Assembly: GCA_050008535.1 (NCBI GenBank)
Contig: JBEKML010000001.1
Coordinates: 391,050 to 455,049, forward strand
Length of the DNA stretch: 64,000 nt
Direction: 5' to 3'
Source: Minisyncoccia bacterium
GTDB lineage: Bacteria; Patescibacteriota; Minisyncoccia; UBA6257; 2-01-FULL-56-20
Numbering within the stretch: the first letter of the stretch is position 1; each line of letters begins with the position of its first letter. Positions 35,376-43,937 of the stretch are shown here, piece by piece. Position numbers and translations under genes: made by a program. The notes beneath the pieces are model-generated. The model saw only the letters and a list, made by a program, of their open reading frames with translations. It did no database searches and had not been told where the DNA came from.

Positions 35376-37634
35376 CTATCGAGGCAGTCCCTGAAGTTTT
35401 TGGAGCGTCAACATTAAAGATTGCAAAGATTCCAAGATGTTGGCGAGTTGTGCTGATCTTCCCAAAGATGACTGCATCTCAACTAGCGTAAACGTGCTCA
35501 CATGCCAATAGGCCGCATACTGGGAACCGAACGCGGCTTCGCAGGTTGCGAGCGTTTTCCCTATGCCGCAGACGCTGTCAAGATTCTCGTAATAGTTTGT
35601 TGTTTCATCAACAAAAACCGTATAGGTGCCACTGCTCAGTGAGCCTATGTTGGGCGAGGTAATGGTGTAGCTCGTAGTAGAATCCGGCACAACCATTGCT
35701 TGATTGTTCAAAGAAACACCTGACGGGTCGAAAACGTGGACGGACCAGTAGCCCGGTCCTTGCCAACCGCTCATGGAAGGAACGTTCACGAGCGTCGTGC
35801 TGGATGCCGAGATATACGAAGCGTCGAAAGGGGATCTAGCATTGACCGGGGAGGGGTATACACCCATACCTATTGCGGATGAAGTTGCCTGAAGATGGTA
35901 GTCAGTGGTTGAAACAAACCGGGGATCGGCATCAATATTATTCGATCCGCCAGACCATCCTCCAATGTCTGAATTGCTGATATTATAAGTGGGAGAAAGT
36001 ATAGTACTAACTCCTTCGTTGTTATAGTAGGTAATGTTTGAAATACTAAAATTGGGACTGCTGTTCCCCCAAAGAATTGAGTTGGACATCTGCAGGTTTC
36101 CCGATGTGTCCATTCCGCTATGGTTATTGCCGGCCACGGTAACATAGGTAAATAACGCGATCGACGAGGGATCACTCACTGGCACGCCATTTTTGAAAGA
36201 GGAACCGCTATCTATGGACACGCCGCCTCCAAAATTCGAAGCCTGGTTGTTATCAATGAGACAATGGTCAACGGTAACGTAGGTACTATCGTACAACAAA
36301 GCCATCCCGCCGCCACTGACGGCGCGATTACCGGTAAGACGGCATGACTCCAATGTTATATTGTTCGAGCCCAATATTAGGATTCCTCCTCCGATGTCGT
36401 TATTTGCACCACTGTTTTTTACGGTAAGATTCTCAATAATGGCGTATGAAACATTTTCCGCGCGAATCCCATTGGTGCCGCTTTTTGTAATGATTGTTTG
36501 ATCAATTCCAGCACCTTCAAGGCAGACGCCGCTTTTCATAATGAGGTTCTCGTTATAAGTTCCCGCAGCTACTCGAATAGTATCTCCCGTATTCGCAGCA
36601 TTAATTGCAGCCTGAATACTTGAATAGTCGCCGGGGACATTTTTGATCGTCTGATCGCAAACAGGGAATGCAGTTGCTGTAATTGGGCTTGCCTGCGTTG
36701 TGGCAGACGCTTGGTTCGACTGGCCCGAAACATTTCCTGCGGCGTCATAAGCAGCGACGGTGTAGGTGTAGGCGGTGGAAGCCTGAAGGCCGCTATCTGA
36801 ATAGGAAGATGTTGCAGATGCGGTTGACGCAGAGGTCGTTGCAATTTGCGCACCGCCCCGATAAATTCTGTATCCAACTACCCCAACGTTATCGGTGGAA
36901 TTCAACCAGGAAAGATTTATTTGGCTCGGTGAAGCGGCGGCAGCAGAAAGATTAGTGGGTACTGAGGGAGCCGTCGTGTCTGTGGAGGTAGCAGTCAATG
37001 GCGGTGGAGTCGATGGCGGAGGAGCTGTCCCACCACCTCCACCTCCACCACCACCTCCGCCACCGCCACCACCCGTTGAGGGTGTGGCTGGCGTGACAAG
37101 AATCGCAGGCGTCGCCGGCGTCGCAGGGGTCGCTGGCGTAGCAGGAACCAGCCCTGACGGCGTGGGGCTGCTGGCAGACGTAAGACCTGGCGGGATTACG
37201 CCCGATTGTCCAGCGCCAGTCGTTACCAACTCGTTAAGTTTCGCTTGGGTTTTTGGCCCTACGATACCAACAGACTCAATGCCATTCTGTCCCTGGAATT
37301 TTTTAACCGCTACCTCCGTAAGCGGACCGAAGTATCCAGTTACCAATCCTTCGGGATACACATCGGGGAAGGTTTTCAGAAACTCCTGCAGTTGTTTTAC
37401 GTCGTCGCCGGTAGTTCCCTGCGTTAAGACCCTGCTAAACTTGAGTTCTGTTTTCACGGATTGTACTTGATTCTGAAGATCCACTACTTGTGCCTGTAGT
37501 GATTGTACCTGCGCTTGGAGTTGTTTTATGGTGTCGAGCAGATCCTGATTCGTCGAGGTCCCATTTTGAGCAAAAGCAGCATTAAAGAACAAAAGGCCGA
37601 CAAGGATTCCCCCCGTCAAGACTTTATTGAACAT
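35376..37634 (-). CDS. large secreted surface protein: coiled coil, PG-binding domain, Pro/Gly tract, FN3, right-handed beta-helix repeats
   Basis: Start MFNKVLTGGILVGLLFFNAAFA (signal peptide) chosen inside track ORF 35376..37787. Contains a PG_binding_1-like segment (DDVKQLQEFL...GYFGPLTEVAVKKFQ), (PAT)x5-PPPPPPP-G14 low complexity, an FN3-like unit, and NxxGxxxxG beta-helix-like repeats. Confidence 0.7.
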   Translation of the reverse strand: MFNKVLTGGILVGLLFFNAAFAQNGTSTNQDLLDTIKQLQAQVQSLQAQVVDLQNQVQSVKTELKFSRVLTQGTTGDDVKQLQEFLKTFPDVYPEGLVTGYFGPLTEVAVKKFQGQNGIESVGIVGPKTQAKLNELVTTGAGQSGVIPPGLTSASSPTPSGLVPATPATPATPATPAILVTPATPSTGGGGGGGGGGGGGGGTAPPPSTPPPLTATSTDTTAPSVPTNLSAAAASPSQINLSWLNSTDNVGVVGYRIYRGGAQIATTSASTASATSSYSDSGLQASTAYTYTVAAYDAAGNVSGQSNQASATTQASPITATAFPVCDQTIKNVPGDYSSIQAAINAANTGDTIRVAAGTYNENLIMKSGVCLEGAGIDQTIITKSGTNGIRAENVSYAIIENLTVKNSGANNDIGGGILILGSNNITLESCRLTGNRAVSGGGMALLYDSTYVTVDHCLIDNNQASNFGGGVSIDSGSSFKNGVPVSDPSSIALFTYVTVAGNNHSGMDTSGNLQMSNSILWGNSSPNFSISNITYYNNEGVSTILSPTYNISNSDIGGWSGGSNNIDADPRFVSTTDYHLQATSSAIGMGVYPSPVNARSPFDASYISASSTTLVNVPSMSGWQGPGYWSVHVFDPSGVSLNNQAMVVPDSTTSYTITSPNIGSLSSGTYTVFVDETTNYYENLDSVCGIGKTLATCEAAFGSQYAAYWHVSTFTLVEMQSSLGRSAQLANILESLQSLMLTLQKLQGLPR

Positions 37635-37649
37635 ATGTTTATTATAACA

Positions 37650-37682
37650 CGCTCCGGCGGCTGGACGATGTGAGAACCTGTT
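37650..37682 (+). repeat. repeat copy L (consensus)
   Basis: cgctccggcggctggacgatgtgagaacctg lies between the start of 35376..37634 and the stop of 37693..39483. Confidence 0.65.
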
Positions 37683-37692
37683 TAAGAAGGGA

Positions 37693-39483
37693 TTATGCCA
37701 CTTCTGCTTGGTAGCACTGCTCGCAGTAGACGATTTCCGGGCGGTCGGGGGCATAGGTGGTTTCGAATTTGTTGGGGCAGGGTTCACTACCGTGAAAATG
37801 AGAGGCGGTATTTATGTAGCTACTTGCCTTTACTCCAGCGCATGCGCACGTACGCTTATAAAGCTGCGGAACATTGCGCCAGCTGATACGCTCTACGTGG
37901 CGGCAATTGAAACACAGCTTCGGCAACGGCAAATTCATTTTCCTATAGAACTGCAATTCTTGCTGAGTGATGCGGAAAACCGTAGGACAATTAGCTCCAC
38001 ATTGGAGTCCGGCATGATCGCCGGTTTCGTCGTGCTTGCACTGGACTATCTCTTGTATGATGTCGTCACCAGTTTCGGCAATGGTGTCGGGCAAGGCGGA
38101 AGCGGCCTTGGTTGGTTCATATTTTCTCTTCTCGGGAACGCGCCAGTTGAACCCCATGTGCTCAACTTGACTCCTCGGAAGTTGAAAATATTCGTATGCT
38201 TGGGATTCATTGAACCCGAAAGGGCTCATGTCGGGCGGGAAAAACTCGCCGTATTTATATATCCTACCCAGCGTATCTACGTAGGGCGTCTCGTTCATAT
38301 GCGCGATGATCTTTGGAATAAGTGATTCGTATTGTTCTTTAGAATACTGCTTATTGAGGATGCAATACTGCGCATTGCGCAGCCCCACGCAGCCGAACAC
38401 TTCCCGCGAGTTGCGGCATGTTATGGAATATCGTACATCGCTCACTGTTTCGCAATCGAACGAAAAATATACTCCGCGCAGGCCTTGTCCGCAGCAGCTT
38501 ATTTCGTAGTTGCGCTCAATATCGACGCCTGAGGAGGTAACGTCCATGCAGTCCCGAATCGGATTGTAGATGACGCTTTGGCAATGTGTGCAGTTTTGCA
38601 CCTCATTCGTAAAAAAACAATTGCGCACCTGGGAGGAGTTGTATATGTAATCACCGGTGCAACCCGCGTCCTGCAGCCCGTGCCGAAAACGGAACGGAAA
38701 CGAAAGCCAAATCCTCTCCGCCTCTTTTTGCATTCTTTCCAATCCCAGCCTTGAATGCAGGTTGAATCCCGCCACTTTTTTTCTATAGTTTTCTTTCGAA
38801 TGCGGCTGGTTAAAAATGTAGTAACTTTTGTTGCGCAAGCCGGTACACCCCACGCAATCGTTGCACCCAACACAATCCTGGCTGAACCATACCTCACGGC
38901 AGCCGGTACAATTCCTGGAAAAGAAGGTCTTATAACAGTTCGTGGTGTTAATCACGTAATAGCAGAGTTCACACAGTTTACAATTGATAGTGTCAAAACA
39001 TTGCTTGCTCTTTTGTAGGGTAACCCCATATGCACTGTCTTCAGAAAACCCTGCATCGAAGCATAGATATGTATTTTTCATATCCAGACCCATGCTGTAA
39101 TCGCTGTTTACCTGGTTGCGGGACATGATGTAGGTGAATGGCATAACATTGAACAAATCCCGTATTTGATCGAAAAACGGCCGCGTAAAATCATATTCCC
39201 GCGCATACGATTTAGGATCCCAAGCGTCGCTCCACCAGTAGTCTCGATCGAAAGGGGGCATGGGCGCATTGGGGGGCACCATGCTGAAAATTTTTTTGCC
39301 AGTGCCAGCGCAGGTGCGTTCGTAAAGATAACGGAAGTTGCGAAACGCCATCCGCCGCATGGCCCGGCATTTCCAGCACCATGTTGGTGGAGGCACGTTG
39401 AGGCTTTTATAGAACGTAAGATCTTCTGGCTCAATCGCAAAATTATTTTTGCAGTTCTGACACGCGCGCGTTTCCTGTTCCAT
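37693..39483 (-). CDS. cysteine-rich protein with N- and C-terminal FmdB-like zinc-ribbon motifs (paralog A)
   Basis: 596 aa. N-terminal CQNCKNNFAIEPEDLTFYKSLNVPPPTWCWKCRAMRRMAFRN; the same motif recurs near the C-terminus. Central Cys repeats (CTGCREVWFSQDCVGCNDCVGC...). The last 23 aa, ETTYAPDRPEIVYCEQCYQAEVA, are identical to paralog 58255..60072. Confidence 0.7.
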   Translation of the reverse strand: MEQETRACQNCKNNFAIEPEDLTFYKSLNVPPPTWCWKCRAMRRMAFRNFRYLYERTCAGTGKKIFSMVPPNAPMPPFDRDYWWSDAWDPKSYAREYDFTRPFFDQIRDLFNVMPFTYIMSRNQVNSDYSMGLDMKNTYLCFDAGFSEDSAYGVTLQKSKQCFDTINCKLCELCYYVINTTNCYKTFFSRNCTGCREVWFSQDCVGCNDCVGCTGLRNKSYYIFNQPHSKENYRKKVAGFNLHSRLGLERMQKEAERIWLSFPFRFRHGLQDAGCTGDYIYNSSQVRNCFFTNEVQNCTHCQSVIYNPIRDCMDVTSSGVDIERNYEISCCGQGLRGVYFSFDCETVSDVRYSITCRNSREVFGCVGLRNAQYCILNKQYSKEQYESLIPKIIAHMNETPYVDTLGRIYKYGEFFPPDMSPFGFNESQAYEYFQLPRSQVEHMGFNWRVPEKRKYEPTKAASALPDTIAETGDDIIQEIVQCKHDETGDHAGLQCGANCPTVFRITQQELQFYRKMNLPLPKLCFNCRHVERISWRNVPQLYKRTCACAGVKASSYINTASHFHGSEPCPNKFETTYAPDRPEIVYCEQCYQAEVA

Positions 39484-39518
39484 TACCTCAATTCTATCAG
39501 ATTAAAAAAATCGTACGT

Positions 39519-39590
39519 CTCTCGGTCTGTCCGATACTTTTACTGGGTGCTCCCCAAGTCGGACTTGAATTTTTTGGGGCAAGTCCCACA
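39519..39590 (+). repeat. repeat copy N (most tRNA-trailer-like, degenerate core)
   Basis: ctctcggtctgtccgatacttttactgggtgctccccaagtcggacttgaa. The first 20 nt almost match the tRNA-Asn trailer ctctcggtcggtccgatact at 40353-40372. Confidence 0.55.
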
Positions 39591-39660
39591 AGCGTCCCCA
39601 GAGAATCCTTTGAGGGGAGGGGAATAACACACCTCGGTCGCAAAATGATACAATCACAAT

Positions 39661-40329
39661 GTGAATATAGAATGGAACAGGGTCACGTGGTATTCAAAAC
39701 TGGTTGCCATAGTCGTTTTTATTGGAACTGCCGCGCTATTCTTTTTCTTTGGCGAAATATATGGAAGAACACTGGGTCAGATCGGCATCTCTCAGCTTTC
39801 ATCTGGGACTACCCCTTTGTCGGCGTCACTAAATCGGACGACTGGGACAGCTGTCGCCACTGGATCTCAACCTCTGCAAATTGATCTTCCGTTGGGAGAT
39901 TCTGGATATGAGGCGGTGGCTGAACGTGCCAAGCAGAAATGCGGTCAAAACGTTCAGCTGGCAGGAACAAGCGTACAGGTCGATCAAGAAACGGGAGGAT
40001 TTTTTACCTACTATTCGTTTCGTGGGAATTGTTATTCGGAAGTTAAGATCGACCCTTATCACAGACCGGACCCGAGCGATCCTATTGTGACGAATATCGC
40101 AAAAGATAATTTCATACCCATTCCTCTTTCGGATTGGAAAATTAGCGCCAAACAAGCGCTTTCGATTGCAGGCATGGGAAACGGATCGGCGCTGAATCTT
40201 TCCGAAGAAAGTAACACCCTGGTTTGGGCGATAACCTATAGGAATGAGTACGCTCTTTCCGAAGCACGCGTCAATGCCTCAACGGGAGAGTTGATCAGCA
40301 AACAAACGACCAGACTCCCGATCTATTGA
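39661..40329 (+). CDS. hypothetical membrane-anchored protein
   Basis: N-terminal TM helix, then a soluble domain. TACAAT-like -10 at about 39636. Confidence 0.5.
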   Translation: MNIEWNRVTWYSKLVAIVVFIGTAALFFFFGEIYGRTLGQIGISQLSSGTTPLSASLNRTTGTAVATGSQPLQIDLPLGDSGYEAVAERAKQKCGQNVQLAGTSVQVDQETGGFFTYYSFRGNCYSEVKIDPYHRPDPSDPIVTNIAKDNFIPIPLSDWKISAKQALSIAGMGNGSALNLSEESNTLVWAITYRNEYALSEARVNASTGELISKQTTRLPIY

Positions 40330-40388
40330 TTGGATGTTCGCGTCTCCACGGACCGCCTCTCGGTCGGTCCGATACTAAATGTTGCCTG

Positions 40389-40460
40389 CTCCGGCGCCAG
40401 GACTCGAACCTGGAACCATCTCCTTAACAGGGAGCCGCTCTACCATTGAGCTACGCCGGA
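40389..40460 (-). tRNA. tRNA-Asn (anticodon GTT)
   Basis: Reverse complement tccggcgtagctcaatggtagagcggctccctgttaaggagatggttccaggttcgagtcctggcgccggag folds as a cloverleaf: acceptor TCCGGCG/CGCCGGA, D-arm GCTC-AATGGTA-GAGC, anticodon loop CU-GUU-AA, T-arm CCAGG-TTCGAGT-CCTGG, discriminator G. CCA is not encoded. Confidence 0.85.
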
Positions 40461-40520
40461 ATACGTATAGTAGTGTAGCAGAAACGCGGGCGGTTTCAAG
40501 CGTATTGCGCGGCGGATAAC

Positions 40521-41162
40521 TTATCCCGAACGTGAAGGCAACGCGACGTCAACACTGCCGGCGGTATCGGTGGCAACGGTAAAGAAAACATTTGATGCGC
40601 CGCCGGTGGTGAAAAGGAACGGCACCGCGACGGACGGGCCGACGGCAAAGGTGACTGATTGGCTGTAGGTTGCGCCAGGCGTGCCTCCGCAGTTTTGCGT
40701 GTCGGGGAACGTGAAGGTGCTGCCGGCGGGGGAGCTCGGCGGTTCAAGCGTGCCGGATTCGTCGGTGACGAGGCGGAGGTTCGCCGGCACGCATTCGGAG
40801 ACGCTGCTCATTTCGATCGCGAGGGAGAAAGTGATCTGGTTTCCCTGGAACGCGGCGCCAGTGATGGAAAAAGTTTCGTGTCCTTCGGCCCACGTGACGG
40901 GATAGGGAGGTGGATATTCGCTTGCGAAGTTGCCGGGAATCATGCTGATCGGCGTTGTGGATGCGTTGCTCGCCGAAGAGGAGGTGGTCGATGAGGGAAA
41001 ATTGGAAAAGGAAACGGCGCCGGGACCCCGCACGATGACTGGTTCGTAGGATCCGGTAGGAAAGAACAGGATGAGTGCGGTAAGGATGCCAAGGGCAACC
41101 GCCACTGCAGAAAAAACAAGAAGCGTTATTTTGAGGCGGTTGGTTTTCGGTCTGATTTTCAT
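40521..41162 (-). CDS. hypothetical secreted protein (membrane-anchored, Ser/Thr-rich)
   Basis: N-terminal TM helix; no family recognised. Confidence 0.5.
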   Translation of the reverse strand: MKIRPKTNRLKITLLVFSAVAVALGILTALILFFPTGSYEPVIVRGPGAVSFSNFPSSTTSSSASNASTTPISMIPGNFASEYPPPYPVTWAEGHETFSITGAAFQGNQITFSLAIEMSSVSECVPANLRLVTDESGTLEPPSSPAGSTFTFPDTQNCGGTPGATYSQSVTFAVGPSVAVPFLFTTGGASNVFFTVATDTAGSVDVALPSRSG

Positions 41163-41191
41163 AAATCAATTGTAGCAAATCAGTCGTGGCG

Positions 41192-41273
41192 GCGTGAGCA
41201 GCAGCAAGGCAAGGTTTTGAAACGAGCCCTTCTGAGTACTCGTTTCAAAACCTTGCCTTGCTGCTGCTCACGC
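41192..41273 (+). repeat. 35-bp perfect inverted repeat (stem-loop, 12-nt loop) between divergent genes
   Basis: gcgtgagcagcagcaaggcaaggttttgaaacgag cccttctgagta ctcgtttcaaaaccttgccttgctgctgctcacgc. Confidence 0.6.
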
Positions 41274-41322
41274 AGTCAAGTTCTTTTTAAAGAAGATTTA
41301 ATGGTCGTTGTGATAGGATGCG

Positions 41323-42903
41323 GTGCAAATGACCATAAAGAACCGCATCAGTATAAAAAGGATATTTTTCGGCGTGGTGATCGGGGGATTTTTTGCCGCG
41401 CTTGCTTCCGTGTATTTCTTCTTTCCGGCAACCGCCACGAATGTTTTTAAAAACGCTACTGCAATTGTGGTGAATTCTTGGGACGATACTTTCGGCGGCG
41501 CAAGTGGCGGTTACGTTTCGGAAATTGATCTTGGGGCGAGCAGTACAGACTTGATTGCGGAGGGGACGTCGTCTGTTGATCATGTATCGGACGCCGGCCA
41601 GGAAATCGCGATCACTCCGGACAATGAAAGCGCTCTACAAAGCAGCAGTCCGCAAAACAATGCCGCGTCGCCACGCGATAGTATGCAGGAGGGTAGTGCC
41701 ACGGCCACTACAACCGGAACTATAGTGGAAACCGCGCCTCCGCCGCAGTGTGCCGTTGCGACGTCCGCCAATGCTTCGCGCAAGCTGATCTTTAACGAGA
41801 TCGCATGGATGGGATCGTCGCCGCTTGCCGGGGAAACGGTATCTGCGGCGGTTAACCGCGAGTGGATAGAGCTCAAAAATATTTCAGGCGTCGTGATGGA
41901 CATTTCCCATTGGCAGATTTTGGATGCGGCGGGGAAAATAAAGATCGTTTTTGATGCCGGCACAAGTGTCCCTGCGGGTGGATTGCTGCTCGTTGCGCGC
42001 GGGGAAGATTCGGTGGCTGGCGTAACAGCCGATAAAACATATTCCGGCGTTCTCTCAAATGTTGGCGGTGCACTCGCGATTTTTGATGACGCGTGCAACG
42101 TCTCTGATGTTTTGGATGCCTCTTCTGGTTGGCCGGCAGGGAACAATACGACAAAACAAACCCTTGAGCGCGATACGGACGGTGTGGGGTGGCACACGAG
42201 CGTCGCGCCCGGGGGAACGCCGAAAATGGAGAATTCGATTGCGTCGCGGCCGGCCGCCGCCGGCACCGTTGCCGTTGCTGCGAGTACGGGGAATGAGGGA
42301 GTTGCGATGGTCACCACCACAACAACAACAACGGCTACCACCACGGTAGCCACCACGACGATTGCCACGAGCACTGATTCCGCGACGACGACCGTGGCGG
42401 CGACAACCACAACGGATACCGCGCAGTCCTGCACGCCGTCCATCGATCACCTCGTGATTGCGGAAGTGCAGATCGCGGGCGCCGCGAGCACGAATGATTT
42501 TGTAAAGATATTCAACCCGACCGATGCCCCGGTGGATATTGGCGGATGGAAATTGCGCAAAAAGTCTAAAAGCGGCGCCGATTATTCGCTGCGGGTTTTT
42601 CCTGATGGAAATATCGTGGCATCCGGCGGCTATTTTACGTGGGCGAACGCGGCTGACGGCTTCGGCGATTCCATCGGCGCGAACGTGACAAGCACAGAAA
42701 CCCTCGCGGCCGATAACAGCGCGGCGCTTTTGAATGCGAGCGGCACTATTATCGACGCGGTCGCATGGGGCAAGGGGACGAATCAATACGGCGAAGGAGC
42801 CGCGTATCCGACGAACCCAGAAGCAGGCCAGCGGCTTACAAGGAAGTCCGTAAACGGCGCGCCAGTCGATACCGACAACAATGCGGACGACTTCACGCTA
42901 TAA
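41323..42903 (+). CDS. secreted protein with two lamin-tail (LTD) domains and a Thr-rich linker
   Basis: N-terminal TM/signal; LIFNEIAWMGS...EWIELKN...WQILD and LVIAEVQIAGA...FVKIFNP...GGWKLRK LTD-like blocks separated by TTTTTTTATTTVATTTIATS. Confidence 0.65.
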   Translation: MQMTIKNRISIKRIFFGVVIGGFFAALASVYFFFPATATNVFKNATAIVVNSWDDTFGGASGGYVSEIDLGASSTDLIAEGTSSVDHVSDAGQEIAITPDNESALQSSSPQNNAASPRDSMQEGSATATTTGTIVETAPPPQCAVATSANASRKLIFNEIAWMGSSPLAGETVSAAVNREWIELKNISGVVMDISHWQILDAAGKIKIVFDAGTSVPAGGLLLVARGEDSVAGVTADKTYSGVLSNVGGALAIFDDACNVSDVLDASSGWPAGNNTTKQTLERDTDGVGWHTSVAPGGTPKMENSIASRPAAAGTVAVAASTGNEGVAMVTTTTTTTATTTVATTTIATSTDSATTTVAATTTTDTAQSCTPSIDHLVIAEVQIAGAASTNDFVKIFNPTDAPVDIGGWKLRKKSKSGADYSLRVFPDGNIVASGGYFTWANAADGFGDSIGANVTSTETLAADNSAALLNASGTIIDAVAWGKGTNQYGEGAAYPTNPEAGQRLTRKSVNGAPVDTDNNADDFTL

Positions 42904-42911
42904 TATGATGC

Positions 42912-43472
42912 ATGAAGTTCGCAGTCGTGCTCCATAATGTGCGGAGCGTCCACAACGTCGGTTCCATTTTCAGAACGGCGGACGCGGCCGGCGCAGGGAA
43001 GATCTATCTCTGCGGCATTACGCCCGCGCCTTTTGACCGGCTGAAAACGCTCCGGCCCGACTTTGCGAAAGTGGCGCTCGGTGCACATGAGTATGTGGCG
43101 TGGGAATCCGCCAAGAATACCGCGGCGGTTCTGAAACAATTGAAGCGCGAAGGGTATCACGTTTTCGCCATTGAACAATCGCGCACCGCCATTCCCTATT
43201 TCAACCTTCCCCGCGCATCGCTTGTGCACGGCAAATTTTGTCTTGTGCTGGGAAGCGAGGTGGACGGACTTCCTCCGTCGCTCATGAGGCTTGCGGACAA
43301 AACGCTTGAGATCCCCATGTTCGGGAAGAAAGAATCGCTCAATGTTGCGGTGGCGTTCGGCATCGTGGCATTCGGCCTGCGATTTTTGGGCCGAACGCTT
43401 TTGGGCCGCGGGCACGGCGTGGTACCATCTAGGAAATGGACCCGGAAAAAAGCCGGAAGAAAAGAAAGATGA
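42912..43472 (+). CDS. SpoU/TrmH family RNA 2'-O-methyltransferase
   Basis: LHNVRSVHNVGSIFRTADAAGA...LVLGSE..G motifs of SPOUT methyltransferases. Confidence 0.75.
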   Translation: MKFAVVLHNVRSVHNVGSIFRTADAAGAGKIYLCGITPAPFDRLKTLRPDFAKVALGAHEYVAWESAKNTAAVLKQLKREGYHVFAIEQSRTAIPYFNLPRASLVHGKFCLVLGSEVDGLPPSLMRLADKTLEIPMFGKKESLNVAVAFGIVAFGLRFLGRTLLGRGHGVVPSRKWTRKKAGRKER

Positions 43473-43930
43473 TCTGGACATTGATCGGGATTGTGGTGGT
43501 CGTGGTTGCGCTCGTCACGGCGTATTTGGGGATTTTTCAAAAAGCCAATCAGCCGCTTGCGAAAAACGAAGCAAAGATCGGCAACGCCGTTTTTGAAGTA
43601 GAGATCGCCGCAACGATGACCGAGCAGGCCCGCGGACTTTCGTTCCGTCCGAGCTTGGGCGAGAACCAGGGGATGCTTTTTCTTTTCGGCAAGCCCGCGG
43701 CCCAGAGTTTTTGGATGAAAGACATGAATTTTCCGATCGATATTATCTGGATCGGCGGGGATGCCGTTCTCGGTTTTGCGCAAAACGCGGCGCCCCAGCC
43801 CGGCGTGCCGCTTTGGGGGCTCACCTTATATCGATCGCCGGACGGTACGGACAAGGTGCTTGAGGTGAACGCCGGCACGGTCGCGAAAGACGGCATAAAA
43901 GTGGGCGATAGGGTGCAGATTGGTATATAA
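43469..43930 (+). CDS. DUF192 family protein
   Basis: MIWTLIG... TM anchor then ...MLFLFGKPAAQSFWMKDMNFPIDIIWIGGD... DUF192-like. Start chosen inside track ORF 43436. Confidence 0.6.
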   Translation: MIWTLIGIVVVVVALVTAYLGIFQKANQPLAKNEAKIGNAVFEVEIAATMTEQARGLSFRPSLGENQGMLFLFGKPAAQSFWMKDMNFPIDIIWIGGDAVLGFAQNAAPQPGVPLWGLTLYRSPDGTDKVLEVNAGTVAKDGIKVGDRVQIGI

Positions 43931-43937
43931 TAGAAGG

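Noticed and set aside
24668-39590. The direct repeats as a CRISPR array
   Set aside because: Spacing is 400-2400 bp and irregular, the intervening segments are protein-coding genes, the repeats lack dyad symmetry, and no cas genes are present.
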